Positions 8,115-15,352 of a stretch of 15,767 bases of DNA are shown here, piece by piece. Below the pieces are notes generated by a model, which did no database searches, was not told the origin of the DNA, and worked only from the letters and a program-made list of their open reading frames with translations. Location of the stretch: NCBI GenBank assembly GCA_039802265.1, contig JBDRWI010000052.1, positions 1-15,767 of the forward strand. The letters are read 5' to 3'. The stretch's first letter is position 1. The number at the start of each line of letters is the position of its first letter. This DNA is from a candidate division WOR-3 bacterium (lineage in GTDB: Bacteria; Hydrothermota; Tepidihabitantia; SM23-42; JAOAFX01). Position numbers and translations under genes: made by a program.

Positions 8115-8582
8115 ATGAAAAGAGCAATCTTGGGTCTATTTTTAATTCCACTATTATTTGCTCAGGACGAATTTGATGAAAAGGACCCCAGAGAGATTAT
8201 TGAAAAGGTAAGAATATACAAGTTGACCGAGGCACTTGATTTAACAACCGAGCAGGCAACCAGGTTCTTCCCGAAGTTGAAGGAGATGAGAAAAAGTGAG
8301 CAGGAATTTCAAAAAGAAAGGATAAAATTGGTTAAGGAACTAAAGGCACTCATTGAGGCAAATGCACAGGAATCAGAAATAATTAAAATTCTAAATAGAT
8401 ATTCTGAAATCCATAAAAAAAGAATGATAGACCACGCAAGAGAACTTGAAGGGTTAAAGGAAGTTCTTACACCACTCCAGCAGGCAAAGTTTCTGATATT
8501 TCAGGAAGAATTCGAAAGAGAAATCAGGAACCTGATAAGAGAGGTAAGAAAAAGACATCCACCACCAAAATCTGAAGATTAA
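8115..8582 (+). CDS. Exported Spy/CpxP-like (periplasmic heavy-metal sensor-like) helical protein
   Basis: RBS AGGAGG; signal peptide MKRAILGLFLIPLLFA; two LTxxQ motifs (LDLTTEQ, VLTPLQQ); a common third gene of ECF/anti-sigma operons. Confidence 0.75.
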   Translation: MKRAILGLFLIPLLFAQDEFDEKDPREIIEKVRIYKLTEALDLTTEQATRFFPKLKEMRKSEQEFQKERIKLVKELKALIEANAQESEIIKILNRYSEIHKKRMIDHARELEGLKEVLTPLQQAKFLIFQEEFEREIRNLIREVRKRHPPPKSED

Positions 8583-8615
8583 GATCTTGGTCCTTAAAAT
8601 TTATAGTAATGAAAC

Positions 8616-10091
8616 CTAATTAAGGAATATAACCTTCTTGATATAATTGTACTTTCCAATATTAAAGTGAACAAAATAGATACCCGTTTGAATTTTTTTA
8701 CCACGAATATCCTTACCATCCCAGATAATTTGGTGCCTGCCGGGCGAGACAGACCCCAACCATAATTTATGTACAATCCTGCCATCTCCACCATAAATTT
8801 TGATCTCCACCGTTTGTACCTCCTTGATTTGATAATCAATAATAAATCTTGAATGCAATATTGAAGGCACGGTCAGAATAAATTGTGGTATGGGAATTGG
8901 AACCTTTTTATCTTCGGTAATACTCAACCCATGAACCTTTATCTTCCATATATACTGAGAATATGCCGCACCAGTATATAGATAACCAATACCCGATTCT
9001 TCACAGTAGGTGATTCCCTCTGGATGGTCATCTGGTGGTGCTGGATGGTCTCTACTCATAATTACATTAAATGATGATGGAGCAACCAAAAGTTTTTTAA
9101 TTGCTCCAGTTCCATAATCATTAGCCCAGATTATTTCATCACGCTGGTCATAAGTAATATCCATAAACCACTGGATATTACCATCCCCTTGATAGATTGT
9201 ATTAATGTTTCCGAAGGTATCCATCTTGACTAAACGCTGTGAGTCCACTTCAGCAGCCCAGAGATACTGACCATCCCAGGTCAATCCCCTTATGTCATAA
9301 TTGACACTAAAGTTTCGGATAAGGTTACCCAGTGTATCAATCACCCAGATTCTTCCCTGATTTGGATAAAATTCAGAAGTATAAAGTTGACCATTTATCA
9401 TTGTCAAACCAAGGCAGTAATGAATTCCCCCACCTGGAAAGTTAAATTGGTGCACAATGGAGCCGTCAGATTTCCTGAGTTTATAGAATACAGGATAGGA
9501 ATTGGTTGCATTTGTAAAATTCCAGAGATAATCACCATCATCGGTTAGTCCCATGCGGAATTCACCCAGGGGTGCAGGAATTGAATCAACAATAATCCAC
9601 CAGTATGTTATAGAGATTGTATGTATTGTATCATTGGTCGGGTTCCGATCCCGGCGGAGACTGGTAAAGGCAGTCACATTAAATGTACAATTCTCCAGGT
9701 TTGGCACAAACCAGGGTTGACTGAAGGTAATTGTCGTTGTATCACGTGGTGCAAGACTATCAATATAGACTGTCTCATTATACTGAATTCCAGATACTGA
9801 TTCAATTCTAAAAGTCACCGGGAAAGACTCCGGATAATCACCGATATTCCTTACCCTTAACTTGGGATAAATCACCCCCCCGGGGAGAATGTGTTCGCCC
9901 GGTTCAAGGACACTATCTGGTTTTACATCATGAATAAATAGTGTTCTATTTTCATCATAGATAATCACTAAATCGGATAGATTCCCATTTTTTCCAGATT
10001 TAAATTTCTTCACTCCACTTGGGTCATAAAATGCCTGATTGACTGCTACGGAGATAAATGAAATAATTAGTCCGTTCTTAATTAAATTCAT
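8616..10091 (-). CDS. Secreted protein: CARDB/Ig-like domain, beta-propeller-like repeats, FlgD/T9SS-like C-terminal domain
   Basis: Signal-like N-terminus; VRNIGD...SLAPRDTTTITF...D.NPTND Ig motif; GLTDDGDYLW and GLTWDGQYLW blade repeats; C-terminal IYGGDGRIV...WDGKD..GKKIQTGIYFV...KKVIFLN. Confidence 0.8.
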   Translation of the reverse strand: MNLIKNGLIISFISVAVNQAFYDPSGVKKFKSGKNGNLSDLVIIYDENRTLFIHDVKPDSVLEPGEHILPGGVIYPKLRVRNIGDYPESFPVTFRIESVSGIQYNETVYIDSLAPRDTTTITFSQPWFVPNLENCTFNVTAFTSLRRDRNPTNDTIHTISITYWWIIVDSIPAPLGEFRMGLTDDGDYLWNFTNATNSYPVFYKLRKSDGSIVHQFNFPGGGIHYCLGLTMINGQLYTSEFYPNQGRIWVIDTLGNLIRNFSVNYDIRGLTWDGQYLWAAEVDSQRLVKMDTFGNINTIYQGDGNIQWFMDITYDQRDEIIWANDYGTGAIKKLLVAPSSFNVIMSRDHPAPPDDHPEGITYCEESGIGYLYTGAAYSQYIWKIKVHGLSITEDKKVPIPIPQFILTVPSILHSRFIIDYQIKEVQTVEIKIYGGDGRIVHKLWLGSVSPGRHQIIWDGKDIRGKKIQTGIYFVHFNIGKYNYIKKVIFLN

Positions 10092-10941
10092 ACTCTCCCT
10101 TTGATTTTCTCTTAGCCTTTAAGAGTTTCATTATGGTATCTCTCTTATTATAAGGGGCGTAAAGAATAAGATAACTGGAAAGTATCCGATAAATAGAGAA
10201 AAGCCTGCGGTCATTTTTTATCAATTCAATATGTCTCTTTATTGTTTCTATATCTCCCCTAACTATCGGGCCACTAAGGGCATAGCGGAGTCCTGATACC
10301 CTTATATTTTGGAGTGTTTGTTCCATTAATGGTAATACAACCTCCCGGAGTTCTCGTTCACCCCATCTCATCTTTTTCGTTAAATTTAATATCCCTGTGA
10401 TTAGACCCACTAAAAGATTGCTGGCATAAACGCCGGTCAGATGGCAATAACCTTTATGTTCCTTTTTTATCTTTTTAATTATAAAATTACTTCCACCAAA
10501 GATCCTGCCGGCAATTTTGTATGCCGAATAATCGCCCTGAAAAAAGAGATAGATTTTATCCAATCGGGGTGGAATGATAATACGAGGAAATGTAGCATAA
10601 GGGTGCAATGAACCGCGAAATATTCTATTGCCTTTTGGGAAAATCTCCGCAGGCAGTATCCCACTAAAATGGAAGCAGTATCTTATTTTTTTATCATCAA
10701 AGTAAATAACCGCCCTTTTGAAGGCATTAAGGATTTCGTCATCCGGAGTGGTAAAAAATAAAACATCGCTTTCTTTTATCAAATTTTTAAAAGTTGGATT
10801 TTTTTCTATCTTCAAAATTTTTATTGCCCTTTTTTGATTTTCTTTTTTTATGTCATATACACCGATAATATCAACTCTGTCTTTTATAAGATAACACAGT
10901 GCTAAGCCTACACGACCACAGCCAATCAGGCCAATCTTCAT
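10078..10941 (-). CDS. Rossmann-like + DUF2520 oxidoreductase (PanG-type ketopantoate reductase family)
   Basis: IGCGRVG NAD(P)-binding motif, TTPDD, HFSG, SLHP, H...VYASN, and ALSGPIVRGD..TIKRH DUF2520 motif. Confidence 0.85.
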   Translation of the reverse strand: MKIGLIGCGRVGLALCYLIKDRVDIIGVYDIKKENQKRAIKILKIEKNPTFKNLIKESDVLFFTTPDDEILNAFKRAVIYFDDKKIRYCFHFSGILPAEIFPKGNRIFRGSLHPYATFPRIIIPPRLDKIYLFFQGDYSAYKIAGRIFGGSNFIIKKIKKEHKGYCHLTGVYASNLLVGLITGILNLTKKMRWGERELREVVLPLMEQTLQNIRVSGLRYALSGPIVRGDIETIKRHIELIKNDRRLFSIYRILSSYLILYAPYNKRDTIMKLLKAKRKSKGEYEFN

Positions 10942-11867
10942 AAGTTCTTTACCAGTTGCTCCATTTCCGTATAGAGGGCGGTGGAATCCACCTTTATCTC
11001 GGGAGCGATTTTTGCCACAAGGTCCTTTAAGATTTTACTTGGACCGATTTCCAAAAAAAATTCATACCCTGAATCTTTGATATTCTCAATCGCCCTTACC
11101 CAGTTTACCTGCGAAAGCATCTGTCTTTTAAGGGCATTCTTGATTTCACTACCCGTTATAATGACCTTCTGTTCTACAACGGAATAGAAATCTCTTTGTG
11201 CATCCCGAAATTCAATTGTATCAAGAAACTGCCCAAATTCAGCCGCTGCTTCTTTGAGATAAGGACTGTGCCAGGCACCACCAACATCCAGCAGAATACC
11301 CCTTCCCTTATTTTGTGATGCAAATTGGGCAATTATTTTAATTCCTTCTTTTGAACCTGATACCACAATTTGATTCGGAGCGTTAATATTGGCAATAACA
11401 ACCGGCTCATTTATCTCTGAAGATACCCTTTCGCATTCTGCCTCAAGGAGTTTGATATCCATGCCCATGACCGCCATCATCGTTCCCTCTTTACCGCCTT
11501 TTTCCATCACCTCCCCGCGTTTTTTAATGATTCTTATACCATCATCAAAATTTGTGCCCTCGCAATATATTACAGCCGTCGCCTCACCAAGGCTATGACC
11601 CAATGAAACAGCACCCCAAACGCCCATCTCCTTTAAAATTTCAGCATAAGCCAAAGAAACAACACTTATTGCGGGCTGGGCAATGCTGGTAAAAGAAGGG
11701 GTCTTTGATGCCTCTTCGCCCCAGAGATATTTTTTTAAGTCGTAATTCAATAAATCACAACTTTTATCAATAATTTCCTTTGCCTTCTTATAACGGTTAT
11801 AAAGCTCTCTACCAATTCCCGGCTTAAACGCGCCCTGACCATCAAACAAAAATGCAATCTTTCTCAT
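10938..11867 (-). CDS. fabD: Malonyl-CoA:ACP transacylase (divergent)
   Basis: GQG, AQPAI, catalytic GHSLG, conserved Arg (KKRG), ANINAPNQIVVSG, HS, EIGP; RBS AGGAGGT upstream on the minus strand. Confidence 0.88.
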   Translation of the reverse strand: MRKIAFLFDGQGAFKPGIGRELYNRYKKAKEIIDKSCDLLNYDLKKYLWGEEASKTPSFTSIAQPAISVVSLAYAEILKEMGVWGAVSLGHSLGEATAVIYCEGTNFDDGIRIIKKRGEVMEKGGKEGTMMAVMGMDIKLLEAECERVSSEINEPVVIANINAPNQIVVSGSKEGIKIIAQFASQNKGRGILLDVGGAWHSPYLKEAAAEFGQFLDTIEFRDAQRDFYSVVEQKVIITGSEIKNALKRQMLSQVNWVRAIENIKDSGYEFFLEIGPSKILKDLVAKIAPEIKVDSTALYTEMEQLVKNL

Positions 11868-11894
11868 TTAACCTCCTATACGGTATCCAAAATT

Positions 11895-11922
11895 ATTCTA
11901 TACATTTTTTTGTCACAGTCAA
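11895..11922 (-). promoter_or_regulatory. sigma70-type promoter for the fabD operon
   Basis: Minus strand: TTGACT (11922-11917), 16 bp, TAGAAT (11900-11895). Confidence 0.7.
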
Positions 11923-11958
11923 CAGAGATATTAAAAGTCCATATTTTAAATCTTTAAG

Positions 11959-11986
11959 TTGACATCATTCTATTTCTGAATATAAT
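11959..11986 (+). promoter_or_regulatory. sigma70-type promoter for tRNA-Leu
   Basis: TTGACA (11959-11964), 16 bp, TATAAT (11981-11986), 15 nt before the tRNA. Confidence 0.85.
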
Positions 11987-12001
11987 TGCTGTAAGAGTAC
12001 T

Positions 12002-12087
12002 GCCGAGATGGCGGAACTGGGAGACGCGGCGGACTCAAAATCCGCAGTGCTGAAAGGCGCGTGGGGGTTCGACTCCCCCTCTCGGCA
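12002..12087 (+). tRNA. tRNA-Leu(CAA), CCA not encoded
   Basis: Acceptor stem GCCGAGA/TCTCGGC plus discriminator A; anticodon arm GCGGA-CTCAAAA-TCCGC (CAA at 12036-12038); long variable arm; T arm GGGGG-TTCGACT-CCCCC. Confidence 0.97.
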
Positions 12088-12260
12088 CTCTCCCGGGAAG
12101 GCGGGGCAACCTCCCAGAGTCGTTATTTCACATACGCATCGTTAGAGCATTTATTGAGTAAGTTGTAAATAAGCAAAGATAAATATATCTCATCTCTTGT
12201 GGAAAGACTTATGGTAACGCGAAAAAAGAAAAATAACTTTAATAGGGTAAGGCTTAATAG

Positions 12261-12296
12261 CCCCCTCCCCCTTGCCCTCTCCCACAGGGGAGAGGG
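12261..12296. repeat. BoxC-like palindromic intergenic repeat
   Basis: CCCCCTCCCCCTTG followed by the stem CCCTCTCCC-ACAG-GGGAGAGGG (12275-12296), resembling the widespread CCCTCACCCTAACCCTCTCCC...GGGAGAGGG family. Confidence 0.7.
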
Positions 12297-12404
12297 ATTT
12301 GATATATCCGAGGAGACTATGGGAAAAGGAGATTAATTCAGGATTTTTCTCTTTATTCCCCTCCATCAAGGGAAAAATCAAAGAGAATTCAGTTGGTATT
12401 AATC

Positions 12405-12432
12405 TTGACACAAAAGTTCTTTTTAATATAAT
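12405..12432 (+). promoter_or_regulatory. sigma70-type promoter for the rpmB operon
   Basis: TTGACA (12405-12410), 16 bp, TATAAT (12427-12432). Confidence 0.85.
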
Positions 12433-12439
12433 TAATTTC

Positions 12440-12610
12440 ATTGTATTGGAATTTGAAAAAATTCCAATACAAGAATAATGAAAATTTTCATTATAGAAAA
12501 GAATATGGACAAGATACATCCGGGGTTTCTGATAGTCGCTGGAAAGTGCACAACTTTAAGATGGAGCGTCTCTGGGGGTTTCAGGGGTTCTCCCCTGATG
12601 TATCTTGTCC
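12440..12610 (+). repeat. Structured element copy A (apparent rpmB 5' leader); inverted homolog of 15353-15508
   Basis: 14-bp perfect stem with GAAA loop (12441-12472); 20-bp palindrome (12475-12494); 19-bp inverted repeat with one mismatch (12507-12525 / 12592-12610); aligns along its length with the reverse complement of 15353-15508. Confidence 0.85.
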
Positions 12611-12629
12611 TTAACGAAAGGAGTCAAAA

Positions 12630-12818
12630 ATGGCAAGAAGATGCGCAATCTGTAAAAAGGGGGCACAGGTTGGTTCAAAGATTAGCCATGCCCATAATGT
12701 TACAAAGAGAAGATTCCAGGCAAATCTTCAGCGGGTAAGAATAAAAATAGACGGTAAGATAAAAAGGGTACTGGTATGTACAGATTGCCTGAACGCCGGT
12801 AAGGTTACAAAGGCATAG
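12630..12818 (+). CDS. rpmB: 50S ribosomal protein L28 (zinc-ribbon, C+ form)
   Basis: MARRCAICKK...ISHAHNVTKRRFQANLQ...VCTDCLNAGK; RBS AAAGGAG. Confidence 0.97.
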   Translation: MARRCAICKKGAQVGSKISHAHNVTKRRFQANLQRVRIKIDGKIKRVLVCTDCLNAGKVTKA

Positions 12819-13562
12819 ATGGGCTGGCTCTATACCCTAATAAGTGTCTTTATTGTAAGCGGAATTTCACTGATTGGAATCCTCTTTGTCTCCACCAACC
12901 ACACTCGCCTCTCCCAAATCCTTTTGCTTTTAGTAAGTTTTGCTGCGGGTGCATTATTGGGCGATGCCTTTATCCATCTAATACCTGAGACCTTTGAAGA
13001 ATTGGGTTTGAGCCTCAAATCTTCAGTCTATATAATCCTCGGGATATTGATATTCTTTATCCTTGAAAAATTTTTACGCTGGCGGCACTGCCATATACCT
13101 ACATCAAAGGAACACCCCCATCCGGTTGCCATAATGAATCTTATTGGAGACTTGATTCATAATCTCATCGACGGTATGATTATTGGCGCAAGTTACAGTG
13201 TAAATTTTTCAATAGGACTTGCCACGACTATCGCCGTAGTTCTTCATGAAATTCCACAGGAGATAGGAGACTTTGGAATACTCGTATATGCTGGTTATAC
13301 AGCGAAGAAAGCGCTTCTATTGAACTTTCTCTCTGCCTTAAGCGCAATTGTTGGTGCCATTATTTCTCTGGTGATCGGTCCCCAGGTAAAGGGATATTCA
13401 ATTACGCTCCTGCCCATCACTGCTGGTGGTTTTATTTATATTGCCGGTTCGGATTTAATCCCTGAATTGCAGGGATGTGAAACGCTGTCGGGTTCTCTGT
13501 TACAGTTGATGGCAATGAGCCTGGGGGTTATCCTGATGGCACTTTTAACCTTCTTGGAATAA
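12819..13562 (+). CDS. ZIP-family divalent metal (zinc) transporter
   Basis: SFAAGALLGDAFIHLIPE, His-rich loop HCHIPTSKEHPH, HNLIDG, HEIPQEIGD, AGGFIYIAGSDLIPEL; multiple TM helices. Confidence 0.93.
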   Translation: MGWLYTLISVFIVSGISLIGILFVSTNHTRLSQILLLLVSFAAGALLGDAFIHLIPETFEELGLSLKSSVYIILGILIFFILEKFLRWRHCHIPTSKEHPHPVAIMNLIGDLIHNLIDGMIIGASYSVNFSIGLATTIAVVLHEIPQEIGDFGILVYAGYTAKKALLLNFLSALSAIVGAIISLVIGPQVKGYSITLLPITAGGFIYIAGSDLIPELQGCETLSGSLLQLMAMSLGVILMALLTFLE

Positions 13563-13563
13563 A

Positions 13564-14493
13564 TTGAGATTCAATCTTTTTGATACAATCTTTATCTTAA
13601 GGCCGCTCATTCTCATTGTGGTCTGGAATTTTTTTCTCATCGGAAATTATCTGGCAACCAGATCAAGGGTTTTAAATAAAGATGTAGTCTTAGGATTGTT
13701 GATATACACCGCCCTGATGGGTGGTGTATATATTCTAAATCAGATAACCGATATTGAAACCGACCGTCTCAATAAAAAACTTTTTTTGCTATCTGAAGGA
13801 TACATACCTTTAAGATTTGCAATTATGGAGATGGTTATTATCTGGTTTTTTGCCCTGGCTATCGGAGCAAGATTCGGCTGGATATTTATGATTTTTATAT
13901 TGCTCTCCCTGCTCTTGGGTGTTTTTTATTCACTACCCCCGGTAAAATTGAAAGGCAGACCAATCTTGGATACATTGAGCAATGCTATTGGCTATGGTAT
14001 GCTGAACTTTGCGGTAGGCTGGCTCAGTCAGAGACCATTTGAATGGTCAATGTTTATAAAATTCCTCCCCTATTTTTTGAGTATCAGTGCGGTATTTATA
14101 AATACTACAATTGTTGATATGGAAGGGGATAAAAAATCTGGTGAGATCACCACTGCCGTATTTCTTGGCGAAAAGCCCGCTTATCTTTTATCTTCAGTCT
14201 TGATGGCAGTGGCAGTAATTGTTTCCTTGCTCATGCATGACATAATCTGTTTTATTCCTTCGGCAATCGTATTACCCTTATTTCTCTATCTCCTGCTTGA
14301 CTACAAAAAAGAAAACCCAGCCAGTCGCAAATTAACTATCTTATCGTTCAGATTACCCGGGCTAATCTTCACCATCATTACTGGATATCTGTATCCCCCT
14401 TATTTAATATTCTTGTTTATTCTCATCATTGGAATGAAAGTTTACTACAAGTATCGTTTTGGTATAGTCTATCCAACCCTGACACAAGGATAA
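13564..14493 (+). CDS. UbiA-family membrane prenyltransferase
   Basis: N-terminal RP, NQITDIETDRLNK, YSLPPVKLK and IVDMEGD..SG..TTAV.LG motifs; multiple TM helices; TTG start. Confidence 0.88.
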   Translation: MRFNLFDTIFILRPLILIVVWNFFLIGNYLATRSRVLNKDVVLGLLIYTALMGGVYILNQITDIETDRLNKKLFLLSEGYIPLRFAIMEMVIIWFFALAIGARFGWIFMIFILLSLLLGVFYSLPPVKLKGRPILDTLSNAIGYGMLNFAVGWLSQRPFEWSMFIKFLPYFLSISAVFINTTIVDMEGDKKSGEITTAVFLGEKPAYLLSSVLMAVAVIVSLLMHDIICFIPSAIVLPLFLYLLLDYKKENPASRKLTILSFRLPGLIFTIITGYLYPPYLIFLFILIIGMKVYYKYRFGIVYPTLTQG

Positions 14494-14499
14494 GCACTT

Positions 14500-14559
14500 A
14501 TCCTATTAGCCATACCAACATCAAATGTTAGGACTTTTCTGACAGGCTGGATAGGGGAT
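14500..14559. terminator. Imperfect hairpin between convergent genes (possible bidirectional terminator)
   Basis: CCTATTAGCC (14502-14511) pairs with GGCTGGATAGG (14545-14555); inner AACA-TCAAA-TGTT; no clear U-tract. Confidence 0.35.
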
Positions 14560-14571
14560 GAACTATCTTGC

Positions 14572-14994
14572 TTACAAAAACCCTACATGTTTTAAGACTT
14601 CAGCAACTTTAGGTTCTTTTTTCGCCAGCTCTCTCAATGCCCTCTCTATTAGGTTTTGCCTATCTTCCAATTGACGGTGCATACGCACAACTGGTGTTAA
14701 GGCAGTCTTTCTATCCCAGATTGCAAAGCCAATCGTTACTGCAACAATCCCAGCGAAGGCCATAACGATACCAATCATAATGTTGGTTAATTGGTCAAAC
14801 CGCTTGTCAATTGACTCAAACCGCTTATCAATTGATTCAAATCGCTTATCGACGCTCGCCTGGAATTCCTTTAGTGTTGTTTCAATCTTTATCAGTCGGT
14901 CACGGTCTTCAAGGGTAAATGGAATCTCTTTGGCAAAAAGGCTTGAAAAAATAAAAATACCTGATAAAAGACCGAAGAAAATCTTTTCGTGCAT
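14572..14994 (-). CDS. Small membrane-anchored coiled-coil protein with DKRFESI heptad repeats (140 aa)
   Basis: ATG 14994 follows RBS AGGGGT and a promoter; signal-like N-terminus, VDKRFESIDKRFESIDKRFDQL repeats, a TM helix ending in WDRK, helical tail. Confidence 0.8.
   Translation of the reverse strand: MHEKIFFGLLSGIFIFSSLFAKEIPFTLEDRDRLIKIETTLKEFQASVDKRFESIDKRFESIDKRFDQLTNIMIGIVMAFAGIVAVTIGFAIWDRKTALTPVVRMHRQLEDRQNLIERALRELAKKEPKVAEVLKHVGFL
14795..14850 (-). repeat. 21-bp coding tandem repeat (about 2.7 copies)
   Basis: On the + strand: tcaaaccgcttgtcaattgac tcaaaccgcttatcaattgat tcaaatcgcttatc. Confidence 0.85.
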
Positions 14995-15019
14995 TATAAT
15001 ACCCCTTTTACTAATTTCA

Positions 15020-15047
15020 ATTCTATTCAAATTCAAGCAATTGTCAA
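15020..15047 (-). promoter_or_regulatory. sigma70-type promoter for the coiled-coil gene
   Basis: Minus strand: TTGACA (15047-15042), 16 bp, TAGAAT (15025-15020). Confidence 0.78.
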
Positions 15048-15070
15048 GGAAAACTTTTCTCACGCACCCC

Positions 15071-15098
15071 TTGATAAAAAATTATTTATGGATATAAT
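15071..15098 (+). promoter_or_regulatory. Orphan sigma70-type promoter with no convincing downstream protein gene
   Basis: TTGATA (15071-15076), 16 bp, TATAAT (15093-15098); same geometry as the other six. Confidence 0.65.
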
Positions 15099-15181
15099 AG
15101 GGTATGCTTGTAATAGGCATTATGCACGACTACCTATCTACCTACCGTAACTCTATCCAGATAAACTCTCTTATCCCGGTC

Positions 15182-15312
15182 TCAAATTTTAAATCCAAAC
15201 CAATATCACTGAACAATAGGATTTTCAAGAATCCACTTCACTCTTCCCACTGGGCGAGGATTAAAGTAAAGAGTCCTCTTGATATGGTTTGTTTTAGTAT
15301 TTGGAGATTTGA
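15182..15312 (+). ncRNA. Candidate structured RNA: ~130-nt rod-like hairpin
   Basis: Nested stems 15182-15194/15299-15312, 15196-15208/15280-15291, 15218-15225/15270-15277, 15230-15234/15258-15262; G-U wobbles favour the + strand; lies downstream of the orphan promoter. Confidence 0.4.
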
Positions 15313-15320
15313 ATCCAGTT

Positions 15321-15348
15321 GGTATTTGGTGCTTGGGATTTGTGATTT
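15321..15348 (-). repeat. 7-mer tandem array (AAATCCC family)
   Basis: Minus strand: aaatcac aaatccc aagcacc aaatacc; same family as 1485-1537. Confidence 0.7.
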
Positions 15349-15352
15349 AAGT

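Noticed and set aside
12441..12472. CRISPR repeat or tracrRNA-like reading of GTATTGGAATTTGAAA
   Set aside because: Only two copies, inverted and 3 kb apart, with no spacers and no cas, tnpB or iscB gene in the window
12475..12494. ATAATGAAAATTTTCATTAT as a Fur/Zur box for the ZIP gene
   Set aside because: An even 10-10 palindrome that does not fit the 7-1-7 Fur-family spacing, and a similar sequence is in copy B; a protein-binding site is not excluded
12190..12738. ORFs 12190..12519 (-), 12272..12478 (+) and 12478..12738 (+)
   Set aside because: They translate palindromic repeats, a promoter, the leader or an alternate rpmB frame
14995..15063. ORF-track N-terminal extension of the coiled-coil gene
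   Set aside because: It spans the gene's own promoter and RBS; ATG 14994 is better supported
15182..15312. 6S RNA assignment for the rod hairpin
   Set aside because: No large central bubble or recognisable 6S motifs by eye, and no typical neighbouring genes; needs a covariance search
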